In this document: in pieces, positions 13,765 through 23,224 of the stretch
How the letters are laid out: each line of letters begins with the position of its first letter
How positions within the stretch are numbered: position 1 is the stretch's first letter
Virus record (IMG/VR): IMGVR_UViG_3300045988_121860
Location: 1-39,938 of that record
DNA length: 39,938 nt
Origin: a virus
Reading direction: 5' to 3' (one strand)
The notes under the pieces: model-generated
What the model saw: only the letters and a program-made list of their open reading frames with translations
Told to the model about the DNA's origin: nothing
The model's database searches: none
Program-made: the position numbers and the translations under genes

Positions 13765-14462
13765 GGCATCCCCTGCACGCGCTTAGCGACCTCAAGCGCA
13801 GACCACGCCTGCCAGCCCGGAGTCTCCGGGTGCGCCTCACCGTAGTCCTGCCACTCACCCCAGGTAGTCACCGGGACAGCCCCCATCGGGGCACCGTCCT
13901 CGCGGGGCTCGTGCGCCGTCCACTTCACCGTCAGCTCGATCAGATCATCGAAGAGACGCCTCCGAGAGACGCCGGTGACGATGACCATCCTCGGCGGCAC
14001 CCCAGCAGTCGGGGCGGCCGGAATCAGCATGATCGGGTGGTGAGCCTGGAGCACCCACCACAGGTAGGGCTCGGCGTCGGGGTGGCAGGCGATGACGCCG
14101 CTCCCCGTCTCGGGCTCATCCCGGAGTGCCCACCGGGTCACCCCGCCGACGCGACTGGCCTTCGAGGACCACTCCACGGGGTCCTCATTGCTGACGTAGA
14201 TGAGGCCGGGTGCGCTGCGGCCGTCCCTGCCGGCCACGTGCACCCCGTACCAATCGCCGACGGGGCGGGTGAGCGACACAGTGTCGCCCCCCGCCCTGTA
14301 GGTGACCTCGACGCCGGGCGCGGCCAGGCCGTCAGCGATGAGGTGCTGCCCCTCCCCGAGGCGGGCCAGCACACGGTCACCAGCGGTCACCGTGACCGGC
14401 CCATCCACCAGCAGGGACGGCAGGCCCGACGTCGTGCCGATCCAGCCCTTGAGCGCCATCAT
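13761..14462 (-). CDS. Distal tail protein (Dit) candidate (233 aa)
   Basis: ORF 13761..14612 trimmed to Met51 (MMALKGWIGTTSGLP...) after GAGGAG. It is the first gene after the tape measure, and the longer N-terminus is Arg-rich shadow sequence overlapping the TMP gene. Confidence 0.6.
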   Translation of the reverse strand: MMALKGWIGTTSGLPSLLVDGPVTVTAGDRVLARLGEGQHLIADGLAAPGVEVTYRAGGDTVSLTRPVGDWYGVHVAGRDGRSAPGLIYVSNEDPVEWSSKASRVGGVTRWALRDEPETGSGVIACHPDAEPYLWWVLQAHHPIMLIPAAPTAGVPPRMVIVTGVSRRRLFDDLIELTVKWTAHEPREDGAPMGAVPVTTWGEWQDYGEAHPETPGWQAWSALEVAKRVQGMP

Positions 14463-14470
14463 GGCTCCTC

Positions 14471-17400
14471 TCAGTCGTTGCGTGAGACCTCGACGGCGAC
14501 ACGCTCGGCCTCGACGCGCATCCGGCCGACCAGTTCGCCGTCGACGTCGCGCACCTCCAGCACGCTCGGCGCGTTGCCGCCCTTGGACAGGAGGTCGTCG
14601 ATCTTCGACCACTGGCCGCCGGTGAAAACCGGCTCCGGGCGCCCGGTGGCGTTGAGGACCGTCGTCAACCCCGGCTGCAAAAGGCCCCCGCTGTCGAACT
14701 TGTAGAGCCCGGTGCTCGGGCTGCCGTAGATCGGGGTCTCACGGACCGGGATCCCGAAAGTCGGGGCCTCGACCATCATGCCGTTACCGGAGGCGATGGC
14801 GATGTGGTGCGCCGGAGCGCCCCAGAACAGGAGCGTGCCAGGCGTGTTGTAGGACCCGCCGGGCGTGCTGCCAGCCTGATAGCCGGCCGCCGTCAGGCGC
14901 GGAATCTGGGAGCCCATCTGGTGGGCCGCCCAGTACACGAGACCGGAGCAGTCGACGCCGGGCGGGATCGAGGATCCGCCCCACACGTAGGTTGCGCCGA
15001 TCGCCTTCCTCGCGGCGTTCACGATGTCGCTGGCGGCCATGGTCGCGGTCTTGCTCTTGAGCCACTGACCGAAACCGTCAACCCACTTGCCGGGCAGTGC
15101 GGCCGCCATGTCCTTGAAGAAGCCGGATCCGGGCAGGCCGCCCATGACGGCATTCATGGGGATGCGGATAAGGTTCTCGACCGCCCCGAGCGGGTCGGAG
15201 ATGATCGAGGCGACCGCATCCGCTGCACTGGAGAGCCAGCCGGTGGCCGCATCCCATCCGCTGCTGGCGGCTCCCTTGATCTTGTCCCAGATGCCGCCCT
15301 TGGCGAAAGCGGCGAATTTCGCGCCCGTGTCCCCGCCGGGGATGTGCGCCCCGCTACTCCCCCTGGCTGCGGCGTTCATCCGGTGGACGGCGGCGGGGCC
15401 GCCGACCGCCTTCACCCACTCCGGCCTCATGATGGCCTCACCGCCAGACAGGGCAATAGCGCCACCACCGTCAGGCGAGTAGAAATGGTAGATGTCCCGT
15501 CCCGGACTGTATCCGGGAAGGACACCACCGGTCGCGTACCCTGGGATTGGGCTGACGTCCGGGAGGCGGAGCGAGAGCCCCAGTTTCTCCGCAATGGAAT
15601 CGGCCGTCTTCTTAATACCATTCTTGTAAACGGTATTAATGATGAAGTTGATCGGCTTTGCAGCGATCCCCTTAACGGAGTCCCACACGGTCTGAATACC
15701 GGACTTCATGTTCTCGAAAGCCTTTTTGATATTCGTCGTGACCGTGTCGAAAATAGGCTTCAGAGTGTCCTGGAACCAAGATGCCACCGTGTTAATGGTG
15801 CTCTTGATGCCGTTCCAGACGGTCTTGATTCCGCCCCACAGGAGGTCGGCACCATTCTTGATGCCGTTCCACACCGTGGAGATGACGGGCTGCACATAGG
15901 TCTGGAACCACGAAACGACCGTGAGAACAGTCGACTTGATGCCATTCCAGATCGTGACGATGCCATTCCATAGGAACTGGGCGCCTACCTGAATCCCGGT
16001 CCACACTGCGGAGATGACCGGCATGACGTAGGCAGTGAAGAAATCTGCCACCACTTGCACGGCCGCCTTGATCCCATTCCAGATCGTGACGATGCCGGCC
16101 CACAGGAATTGTGCGCCCGCCTGAATCCCCGACCAGACAGCGGAGAGAACCGGCATGACGTAGGCGTTGAACCAGTCGACAGCGACGCCGACGGCAGCCT
16201 GAATCCCGGCCCACACAGCCTGAATCCCAACCCACAAATACTGTGCGCCGGTCACAATCCACGACCAGACCGTCGCCAGTGTTGGGGCCACGTAGGCCAT
16301 GAACCAATCCACAGCCAACTGGACCGCGACCTGAATCAGAGTCCAGACCACAATGAACGGAATGGATAATGCCCAAATCCCGACCTTGATAGCCGTCCAC
16401 ACGGCCTCAAAAACCGGCACCACATAGGTGCTGAACCAGTCCGCGACCGCCTGCACCGCAGTCTGAATACCCGACCAGACACCAGAAACGATGCTCACGA
16501 GCCCGTTCCAGATGCCCCCCAGAATGCCCACAGCGCCCGTGATAGCCGGCACCACGTAGGAGGTGAAGAACCCAGACACGGCGTTCCACACCGTATTCCA
16601 GGCCGAGCTGAGAGCATTCAGGGTCGCATCCCAGTATGGGGCAATCCAGTCCAGAAACTTGTGGAACTCCTCGGTGATAGCCGCCCACGCCTTCTTGCCT
16701 GTCTCCGTCTGGGTGAAAAACCACGCCAGGGCGGCGACGACGGCGAGAATCGCCGTCACGATGAGAATGTACGGGTTCGCATTCGAGACCACGTTGAAGG
16801 CCGCCTGGGCATTCTTCGCGGCATTGACAGCGCCTTCCATGGACTTGAGGCTGGTCACCCATTTCAGGATGCTGCCGGCCTGCTTGATCGCGTCAATCGT
16901 CGTCGTGGCCTTGTGGAGGCCATAGAAGGCGGTGGCCGCGGTGCCGACCGTGACGGCCAAGGTCGACAGCATCCCCTTGTGCTCAATACCCCAGGCCGTC
17001 GCCGTCAAGAGGGCGTCACCCACCTTGACGATGGCGTCACGCAGGCCCTCCAGGAAACTGGTCAGCGGGGAATTCGGGTCGAGCCCGAAAAGGGGCTTGT
17101 CCGTCTCCCCGGTGAAGATGATCTCCGTGAGCCCCTGCACCGACGGAATCAGCGTGTCATTGATCCACGTGCCGGCCTCGATAGCGGCGTCACGGACACT
17201 GAAGAGGAAATCCACCAGGGCAGAATCCTCTTCGAGGCCGAATAGCGAATCAGGTCCCTGATAGTCGCCGGAGAAAAGGATGCTAGCGACACCCTGTAGA
17301 CCGGGAACCAGGGTGCCGGTAATCCAGTCGCCGGCCGCACGGGCGGATTCGCCGATCTTGAAAAGGAAGTCGACAATACCGGAATCCTCTTCGAGGCCGA

Positions 17401-18361
17401 AGAGTTTATCGGACCCATCAAACTTCCCCTTGGAGAGAATGTCCCAGACGCCCTGAATCCCAGGGACAAGCTTGTCGTTGATCCACCCGAAAGCCGCCTC
17501 GGCTCCGGTGGCGACATTCCCCATGAAGTCAGTCAAGGCAGGCTTGATCTGGTCGACGATACCCATCGCACCAGACACAAGGGCGGCCTCAAGGTTCCCC
17601 CAGGCGCCCTCAATCGTCTTGGTCGACGTCGCCGCTTCCTTGGCGACATCCGTCATACCAAGATCCATCACCGCGGCATTGAATTCCTCGGCGGTGATCT
17701 CGCCCTTCTCCATCGCCTCACGGAAATTCCCCGTGTAAGCACCAGCCTCAAGGAGGGCCTGCTGGAGTTTCCCTGACGCGCCAGGAACCGCGTCAGCCAA
17801 CTGATTAAAGTTCTCGGTGGTGAGTTTCCCCTGACCGGCGGTCTGGGTAAGCACCATGCCGACGGACTTGAATGTCTCAGCATTTCCACCGGCGACGGCG
17901 TTCAGGTTACCGGCAGCCTCGGCGAGTTTGTCGTAGCCCTGGACATTGTTGGACGCCAGTTGGGCGGTGATCGACTGAATATCGGACAGGCCGTAGACGG
18001 TCTTGTCCGCGTATTCCTTCGTGCTCTTGGTGAGCCGGTCAACGTCGGCCGCGGACTTGCCCGCGAAGCCCAGGGTGTTCTTGAACTTGTTCGTCGCGTC
18101 GGAGGCGTCGATGGCCTGCTTCGCGATATCCGAGAAACCCGCAGCGAGTCCGACAGCGGACGTGACAGCCAGCGCCCCGGCCGCGATCTTCCCGACCTTC
18201 TGGAAAGCGCCACCCAGGCCGCTCGTGATCTTCCGCTCGGCCGGCCGAGTGTCGACGTCCCCCAGGGCCTCCTTGAGCTGCTGGGAGATCGCCTTGGTGG
18301 AGAGGGCAACCTGAATCCAGGCTGTGCCAATGGTGTGTCCCGTGGGCTTGCTACCAGCCAT
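14471..18361 (-). CDS. Tape measure protein with C-terminal NlpC/P60 peptidase domain (1296 aa)
   Basis: ORF 14471..18400 trimmed to Met14 (MAGSKPTGHTIG...) after GAGGAGG. It has three ~48-aa LFGLEEDS...VDFLF repeats (about 17060-17470) and about seven ~37-aa Trp-rich hydrophobic repeats (about 15690-16610). The NlpC/P60 segment is YVWGGSSIPPGVDCSGLVYWAAHQ...HHIAIASGNGMMVEAP (about 14723-15017). Confidence 0.9.
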   Translation of the reverse strand: MAGSKPTGHTIGTAWIQVALSTKAISQQLKEALGDVDTRPAERKITSGLGGAFQKVGKIAAGALAVTSAVGLAAGFSDIAKQAIDASDATNKFKNTLGFAGKSAADVDRLTKSTKEYADKTVYGLSDIQSITAQLASNNVQGYDKLAEAAGNLNAVAGGNAETFKSVGMVLTQTAGQGKLTTENFNQLADAVPGASGKLQQALLEAGAYTGNFREAMEKGEITAEEFNAAVMDLGMTDVAKEAATSTKTIEGAWGNLEAALVSGAMGIVDQIKPALTDFMGNVATGAEAAFGWINDKLVPGIQGVWDILSKGKFDGSDKLFGLEEDSGIVDFLFKIGESARAAGDWITGTLVPGLQGVASILFSGDYQGPDSLFGLEEDSALVDFLFSVRDAAIEAGTWINDTLIPSVQGLTEIIFTGETDKPLFGLDPNSPLTSFLEGLRDAIVKVGDALLTATAWGIEHKGMLSTLAVTVGTAATAFYGLHKATTTIDAIKQAGSILKWVTSLKSMEGAVNAAKNAQAAFNVVSNANPYILIVTAILAVVAALAWFFTQTETGKKAWAAITEEFHKFLDWIAPYWDATLNALSSAWNTVWNAVSGFFTSYVVPAITGAVGILGGIWNGLVSIVSGVWSGIQTAVQAVADWFSTYVVPVFEAVWTAIKVGIWALSIPFIVVWTLIQVAVQLAVDWFMAYVAPTLATVWSWIVTGAQYLWVGIQAVWAGIQAAVGVAVDWFNAYVMPVLSAVWSGIQAGAQFLWAGIVTIWNGIKAAVQVVADFFTAYVMPVISAVWTGIQVGAQFLWNGIVTIWNGIKSTVLTVVSWFQTYVQPVISTVWNGIKNGADLLWGGIKTVWNGIKSTINTVASWFQDTLKPIFDTVTTNIKKAFENMKSGIQTVWDSVKGIAAKPINFIINTVYKNGIKKTADSIAEKLGLSLRLPDVSPIPGYATGGVLPGYSPGRDIYHFYSPDGGGAIALSGGEAIMRPEWVKAVGGPAAVHRMNAAARGSSGAHIPGGDTGAKFAAFAKGGIWDKIKGAASSGWDAATGWLSSAADAVASIISDPLGAVENLIRIPMNAVMGGLPGSGFFKDMAAALPGKWVDGFGQWLKSKTATMAASDIVNAARKAIGATYVWGGSSIPPGVDCSGLVYWAAHQMGSQIPRLTAAGYQAGSTPGGSYNTPGTLLFWGAPAHHIAIASGNGMMVEAPTFGIPVRETPIYGSPSTGLYKFDSGGLLQPGLTTVLNATGRPEPVFTGGQWSKIDDLLSKGGNAPSVLEVRDVDGELVGRMRVEAERVAVEVSRND

Positions 18362-18427
18362 CCCGGCCCCTCCTCTATATGCTGGGAGGCCCCACAGCAC
18401 GCCACTGTGGGGCCTCCCTCGTGTTGG

Positions 18428-18838
18428 TTATGTGCTGGCCTGGGCGGCCAGTTCTGGGTGCCTGGCGAGCCAGCGGCGGGCCTTAGCGTCCTGCCTCTCC
18501 TGCGCCTCCCTAGCCTTCGCCTGCCAGCCCGGTTCGGGCGGCTCAGGCGGCTTCGGCAGTTCACTCTGCTTGGCTCCGACAGCGGAGGCGATGTAGCAGC
18601 AAATCTGCCAGGCAGCCATCCTGACGGCGGTCACCTCATCGGAGAGGGCGACATCCCCACCCATGGCCCGCCCGAGGGCGCTGCCGGGCGGGAGGCCCCG
18701 GATGAGGACCAGCAGCCGCCTAGGCGTCAGCCGGCCACGCCACAAGTCCAGCAAGTCGACGCCATAGACCCTGAGCAGGTCGGCCTCGATCTCCTCCCCA
18801 TACTCCCGCAGGAGCCCAGGGAGGCCGATCAGTTTCCC
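18428..18838 (-). CDS. Tail assembly chaperone gpT-like extension, reached by -1 frameshift from 18829..19188
   Basis: The -1 frame after GGGAAAC reads GKLIGLPGLLREYGEEIEADLLRVYGVDLLDLWRGRLTPRRLLVLIRGLP, the conserved gpT-type motif. ORF 18428..18754 is the ATG-bounded part of this frame. Confidence 0.7.
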   Translation of the reverse strand, partial: GKLIGLPGLLREYGEEIEADLLRVYGVDLLDLWRGRLTPRRLLVLIRGLPPGSALGRAMGGDVALSDEVTAVRMAAWQICCYIASAVGAKQSELPKPPEPPEPGWQAKAREAQERQDAKARRWLARHPELAAQAST

Positions 18839-19188
18839 GCGTTCAGGACCTCGAAAACCTGCTGAAGGAAGCCGCCCATAGCGTCAGCCGACACCTTCCC
18901 GTCCTTGCGGACGTGGTCCTTCACCTCGTCGTAGGCGTCACCCAGGACAGCCCTGGTGACGCGCATCATCGCGGCCGGGGAAGCGCTACCATCCTCCATG
19001 GCGGCCAGCGCCTCGATCACCTCCCAGTCGGACTGGAAGGCGGTCGGGTCGACGGCGACGGTCAGGCCGTCGACGGTCACCTCCACGATGCGGCCCCCGT
19101 TGGCCTCAGCCTCCTGGAAGTCCTTCGGCGTCGCGGCCCCAATCTCGCGGGCGTGCTCGGCCGTCTTGCTCGTCTTCTTGCTAGTCAT
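18829..19188 (-). CDS. Tail assembly chaperone gpG-like (119 aa)
   Basis: ORF 18829..19257 trimmed to Met24 (MTSKKTSKTAEHA...). It is acidic, lies between the major tail protein and the tape measure, and ends at the slippery site. Confidence 0.75.
   Translation of the reverse strand: MTSKKTSKTAEHAREIGAATPKDFQEAEANGGRIVEVTVDGLTVAVDPTAFQSDWEVIEALAAMEDGSASPAAMMRVTRAVLGDAYDEVKDHVRKDGKVSADAMGGFLQQVFEVLNAGN
18832..18838 (-). promoter_or_regulatory. -1 programmed frameshift slippery heptamer G GGA AAC
   Basis: The minus strand reads GCG GGA AAC TGA. XXXYYYZ = GGGAAAC sits immediately before the gpG stop. Confidence 0.7.
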
Positions 19189-19235
19189 GTCGGTCCCTTT
19201 CAGGTGGTGGCGGTCCCAGGTGTGTGGTGACCCCA

Positions 19236-19268
19236 CCCCGGCGCAGGGACCGACCATCCGCGCCGGGG
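19236..19268 (-). other. Stem-loop after the major tail protein gene
   Basis: CCCCGGCGC ... GCGCCGGGG, a 9-bp stem with a 15-nt loop and no U-tract. It could be an attenuator or an RNA-stability element. Confidence 0.35.
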
Positions 19269-19287
19269 CAGGGAGAATGAGGGCCTA

Positions 19288-19890
19288 TCAGGCCGGGATC
19301 AGCGACTTCGCGTTGCTGTAGATCACGTAGTCGCCCAGGACGCTCAGCTTGTAGGACCAAGCCGTCAGTTCGCCGACCTTGAACGCGACCTCGCCGCGCT
19401 CGCCCAGTTCCAGGCGGGGGAAGATAATCCGCATGCGGGTGCGGGCGTCCCCGGTGGAGGCGGTGTCGAAGACATCGAGCACGCCACTGAGCACGGTCAC
19501 CGTGCGCTGCGCCTTCGCCGTCAACTTGGCGACGTCGGTCTTCTGCGGGCCGGCCCCGATCTGCTCCTGAATCTTCTCCGCCTTCGCGTTCAGGAAGCGG
19601 GTCACGATATCCAACTGCGACTCGAGCAGGGCCGCCTCCAGGCCAGTCTCCGAAGAGTCCATGAACGTGCGAACCACGCCATGGCCTTGGTGGCCTTTGA
19701 TCTTGGTGACGGAGTCGTCCATCGTGAGTTTGATACCGTCGTCGGACAGCCACCCGCAGTCCTTCAGGGCGGTGGGGACGGCGGTGGTGAGGCCCTGGAT
19801 CTTGGTGGCGAGGGTGGGGTCGTAGGCGCCCAGGTAGAGACTGTCGTCGTCCGACCCGAAGCCGAGTACGTTGTCGGCATTCACTGCCAT
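19288..19890 (-). CDS. Major tail protein (200 aa)
   Basis: ORF track. It lies upstream of the G/T chaperones and has size and composition typical of siphovirus tail tube proteins. Confidence 0.75.
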   Translation of the reverse strand: MAVNADNVLGFGSDDDSLYLGAYDPTLATKIQGLTTAVPTALKDCGWLSDDGIKLTMDDSVTKIKGHQGHGVVRTFMDSSETGLEAALLESQLDIVTRFLNAKAEKIQEQIGAGPQKTDVAKLTAKAQRTVTVLSGVLDVFDTASTGDARTRMRIIFPRLELGERGEVAFKVGELTAWSYKLSVLGDYVIYSNAKSLIPA

Positions 19891-19901
19891 TGGTGTTCTC
19901 C

Positions 19902-20288
19902 TTACGGTTGGTTCCGTGTGGTGATCTGGTAGGTGGCCGTCGCGCGGGCGGCCGTGATAGTCGGGTCGGGCGACTCTGCTGGGGCGTTCCCCGTGACCTT
20001 CATGACCGGGTGGTCGTGACCGGCCACGAGGGCGTTGATCGCTGCGTCAACGCGAAGGGCCAGGCGCATTGCCTGGCCCGTAGTGGGAGCGAAACTGTCG
20101 ATGGTGACCTGACCGGTACTCAGGACCCTCTGGTGCTGGCCCTGCCCGCCCGTAGCGATCACCAGGACCAGAGGATCCGGCGGATACCCGTTCGCGTAGG
20201 GGACGGTGGACACGACCTGCACGTCAGGCAGGGCCGCCTTCAACATGGCCATCACCAGGGCCTTCGTGTCCCTCGATGTGCCGGCCAT
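19902..20288 (-). CDS. Tail terminator / tail completion protein candidate (128 aa)
   Basis: ORF track. The call rests on synteny immediately upstream of the major tail protein. Confidence 0.55.
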   Translation of the reverse strand: MAGTSRDTKALVMAMLKAALPDVQVVSTVPYANGYPPDPLVLVIATGGQGQHQRVLSTGQVTIDSFAPTTGQAMRLALRVDAAINALVAGHDHPVMKVTGNAPAESPDPTITAARATATYQITTRNQP

Positions 20289-20545
20289 CAGCCGTCACCT
20301 CCCCCGATGCTGCCCAGCACCCTCTCCAGGGTGTGATGCTTGATCTGCTCCATGCCCGCATCCTTCGTGCCGGCGTGGATGTAGGCGCGGGCGCGCTTCC
20401 CCTTGTTGGAGGAGTGCACCTTGAAACCATCCCCCGCGCGGGCGCGCAGTTCCTCGGCGGCCTCGTTGACGACGCCCTGGGCCTCATCTGAGGACACGAG
20501 CGCCCGGATGCCCTTGCGGTCGAGCTTGAATCTCACGACGCCCAT
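20288..20545 (-). CDS. Neck/head-tail joining protein, HK97 gp10-like position (85 aa)
   Basis: ORF track. Its start shares one nt with the upstream stop (TGATG). Confidence 0.55.
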   Translation of the reverse strand: MGVVRFKLDRKGIRALVSSDEAQGVVNEAAEELRARAGDGFKVHSSNKGKRARAYIHAGTKDAGMEQIKHHTLERVLGSIGGGDG

Positions 20546-20886
20546 CAGGTGCCCCCCGTCTGTCGTGGGTCGGTGGCGGCGTGGAGCGTCACCACGCTGC
20601 CCTTGGGCCAGCGCGCCGGGGCACCCTCGACCCTGTACGTGATGCCAGCGACGCGCAGGAGATCGCTGGAGCGGATATCCGGGTGCTTGCCGCGCCAGTA
20701 CAGAGTGGGCTGGCTGACGACCGGCGCTGACCCGGCAGTGACCGGCTCGCTGGTGCCGCCGGGGTTGAGCAGGGCGGGCGGCAGGGCACTCTCCAAGACC
20801 GGTCCGGGGACAGCCTCACCGTACTGGTCTGTGCCACCGTCGCCCGCCCTGAGTCTCGTCACGGCGACCAGGCCGGCGGCGATCAC
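20545..20886 (-). CDS. Head closure / head-tail adaptor candidate (113 aa)
   Basis: ORF 20545..20934 trimmed to the GTG at 20886, which forms a GTGA overlap with the stop of 20883..21284. Confidence 0.55.
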   Translation of the reverse strand: MIAAGLVAVTRLRAGDGGTDQYGEAVPGPVLESALPPALLNPGGTSEPVTAGSAPVVSQPTLYWRGKHPDIRSSDLLRVAGITYRVEGAPARWPKGSVVTLHAATDPRQTGGT

Positions 20887-21284
20887 GGGGCCACCGCCGG
20901 AGCCAGCAGATCCACCTCGAACGCCGCACCACATCGGCCGCCCAGTTGCTTCAGTTCAGCCGCCCGCAGGAACAAATCGCCTTCCGGATTCGAGTAGGCG
21001 TACTGGTCAGTGAACGGGCCCGTCGTGTGCATCTCACTGGCCAGGAGGCCCCTGGGCTCCGGAAGCCCGTCAGCCGCCCCCTGCTCGGCCTGCAACGCGC
21101 GCTTCACGACCGCGCAGGCGATGCGCTTCAGTGTAGACAGAGACGCGTGCTGCCAGCGCGGCGCAGAGGACTTGATGAGGTCCGTCGCGTCCTCCAGGAG
21201 GACCGCGGCCCGCTTGTGCTCCTGCTCAGACAGGCCACGCCACCGCGCCTCCAGGTCCTCGACCGTGGCGAAGGTGTCAGCCAT
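20883..21284 (-). CDS. Head-tail connector (gp6-like) candidate (133 aa)
   Basis: ORF 20883..21386 trimmed to Met35. MADTFATVEDLEARWRGLSEQEHKRAAVLLEDATDLI resembles gp6-type connector N-termini. The extension is Pro/Arg shadow sequence. Confidence 0.6.
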   Translation of the reverse strand: MADTFATVEDLEARWRGLSEQEHKRAAVLLEDATDLIKSSAPRWQHASLSTLKRIACAVVKRALQAEQGAADGLPEPRGLLASEMHTTGPFTDQYAYSNPEGDLFLRAAELKQLGGRCGAAFEVDLLAPAVAP

Positions 21285-21531
21285 TCTTGCCCCGCTTCGG
21301 GGTCTCCTCCTCAGGCGGGGTGGCGTCCTCGGGGTCCTCGGGCTCCGTGGACTCCTCGGGGCTGGTCTCGGCGTGCTCGCCACCAATATCGGCGGCGTCG
21401 ATACCCCACTCCTCCAGGAGTGGCGTCAGAGCGGTGAGCGTCTCCTCGTCGACGTCAGCGACCCCATCCACGAACTGCACGTGCGGGGTAGTCACCAGCA
21501 ACGACGGGTGCTTGTGGCAAGTGATTCTCAT
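21277..21531 (-). CDS. Hypothetical head-module protein with acidic tail (84 aa)
   Basis: ORF 21277..21573 trimmed to Met15 (MRITCHKHP...) after GAGAGGAAA. Confidence 0.6.
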   Translation of the reverse strand: MRITCHKHPSLLVTTPHVQFVDGVADVDEETLTALTPLLEEWGIDAADIGGEHAETSPEESTEPEDPEDATPPEEETPKRGKNG

Positions 21532-21595
21532 GATTTCCTCTCTCTCTGAGGCAGGCGGGGGCGCCCCGCGCACTGTGGGGCACCCCCATGCCGCG

Positions 21596-22570
21596 TCAGC
21601 CAGCAGCCACCGTCAGGACGCCGTGAGCCTTCTCGTTGCCGTACTCCAGGCCGATCTCGCCGTAGAGCTGCACGTCATCCGACGCCCCGGTCTTTGCCAG
21701 CGGCTCAGCGAAAAAGTGCCCCTTGCCGGGGATCTCCATGAAGACCGGAGACAGCTGCTCCAGGGACGCGACGATCAGCTTCGTGGGCGGAACGTAGCGG
21801 TTCAGCATGATGTTCAGGGACCCGAAATCGGTCTCGATGGTCTTCAGGTTGACGCCGCCGACGTTGCGGGACGACTCCTGGTACTTCGCCTCCTTGATGA
21901 AGACCCTGGTGAGGGCGCGCTTCAGCGTGGAGTTCACGATGAGGGTCCGGGTCTCGCCCTCCTGGAGGCCACCGTTCGTCCAGACCTTCTCGATGAGGTC
22001 AACGACGTCGGCCTCAGTGAGTTCGCTGGCCTTGTGGGTGGTGGTCGCCACGTTCGTGGTGATCGCCTCGATGAGGCCGCGAGTCTTGCGGGGTGTCTGG
22101 TTGTCCGTCGGCTTGGCGTACTTCCCGGTGATGAAGGTCTTCTCGACGTCACGGCCGATCTGCTTCAGCTGGGTGCCGATCTGGAAGGCCAGTTCGTCGG
22201 CGGGCAGGACGGTGCTGCCGATGGTGACAGTCGTCGACCCGGTTGCCGGGGTCACCTGCTTGGTTGCGCCCTGGGCGGTGTAGGAGACGGACACGGCCTC
22301 CTGGTGGATCTCGGTGACGTTGGAGGCGGCGAAGCGCTTGCGGGCCTCGAAACCGGGGGCCTTCGCGCCCTCGGTGCGCTGGCGGCCGTCCTCGGCGTCG
22401 CGCAGGTCGTAGCCGGACCAGGACCACTCGGTCCCGCCGATGGACTTGCCGCCGGTCAGTCCACCGATTGAGGACAGCAGCGGCGTGTCCTCGGGGCTGG
22501 CGGCGAAGAGTTCGCCGACGTAGTTCGGGCAGTTGTAGGTGGTTGCCATGCCGGTGATTCCGGGCATCAT
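21596..22570 (-). CDS. Major capsid protein (about 323 aa)
   Basis: ORF track. It lies after the scaffold gene, with AAAGGAG upstream of a double ATG (the start could be 22567). The composition is typical of capsid proteins. Confidence 0.8.
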   Translation of the reverse strand: MMPGITGMATTYNCPNYVGELFAASPEDTPLLSSIGGLTGGKSIGGTEWSWSGYDLRDAEDGRQRTEGAKAPGFEARKRFAASNVTEIHQEAVSVSYTAQGATKQVTPATGSTTVTIGSTVLPADELAFQIGTQLKQIGRDVEKTFITGKYAKPTDNQTPRKTRGLIEAITTNVATTTHKASELTEADVVDLIEKVWTNGGLQEGETRTLIVNSTLKRALTRVFIKEAKYQESSRNVGGVNLKTIETDFGSLNIMLNRYVPPTKLIVASLEQLSPVFMEIPGKGHFFAEPLAKTGASDDVQLYGEIGLEYGNEKAHGVLTVAAG

Positions 22571-22595
22571 GGCTCCTTTCGTTCGTGATGGCTCA

Positions 22596-23144
22596 TCAGT
22601 GGGAGCCGAGCTTCAGGGCCTTCAGGGAGGCCGTGAGTGTCTGGTCTCCGGCCGCTTCGGCGGCGGCGATCTGCTCATCGAGGGAGGCGGCTCCCGCGCC
22701 GGGCGGGTTGCCGTGGTGGCGGACGACCGGCTGGGCGGGGGCCTCGGTGGGCTTGGCCTGCTCGGCGGCCCACGTCTTGACCTGCTCGGCCCAGGCGGCG
22801 GGGTCGTCTCCGGGGCCTGCGAGGATGTCGACGGGGACGCCGGTCTTGGCGGCGACCTCGGCGCGCTCCTTCTCGGCCCGCATGGCGGCCAGGTCGGCCT
22901 GGAGGCTGGCTAGGGTCTCGGCCTGCTTCTGAGCCTCGGTCTTGCTGGCGTCCTCAGCGGCCTTGATCTGGGCGGCGAGGTCGGCGGCGCGCTTCTCGGC
23001 GGCCTTTCTCGCGGCCCGCTCGCTGGCTAGGGCCTTCTTGCCGGCGTCTCCGAGCGTGTCGGTGGCGTCGCCCGTCGCGGGCTCCCCACTGGTCTGCTCG
23101 GTGGCCTCGGCCGGCTCTGTGGCCTCGTTGGCGGTCTTGTCCAT
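22596..23144 (-). CDS. Scaffolding protein (182 aa)
   Basis: ORF 22596..23228 trimmed to Met29 (MDKTANEATEP...) after GAGGGAGAA. It is an Ala/Glu/Lys-rich coiled-coil and lies directly upstream of the capsid gene. Confidence 0.7.
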   Translation of the reverse strand: MDKTANEATEPAEATEQTSGEPATGDATDTLGDAGKKALASERAARKAAEKRAADLAAQIKAAEDASKTEAQKQAETLASLQADLAAMRAEKERAEVAAKTGVPVDILAGPGDDPAAWAEQVKTWAAEQAKPTEAPAQPVVRHHGNPPGAGAASLDEQIAAAEAAGDQTLTASLKALKLGSH

Positions 23145-23224
23145 TGGGTTCTCCCTCGGTGATTGGTGCCATCGCGGCACGACAAAGCCCCCACCATCGC
23201 GGCAGGGGCTCGGTAGGTGTTGGG

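Noticed and set aside
14804-15973. 389-aa plus-strand ORF and other nested ORFs within 14.5-18.9 kb
   Set aside because: All lie inside the tape measure gene on the opposite strand or in alternative frames. The tape measure frame carries clear domains and repeats.
21287-22471. 394-aa plus-strand ORF
   Set aside because: It is antisense to the major capsid and connector genes. It is Gly/Leu/Asp/Arg low complexity, so a shadow ORF.
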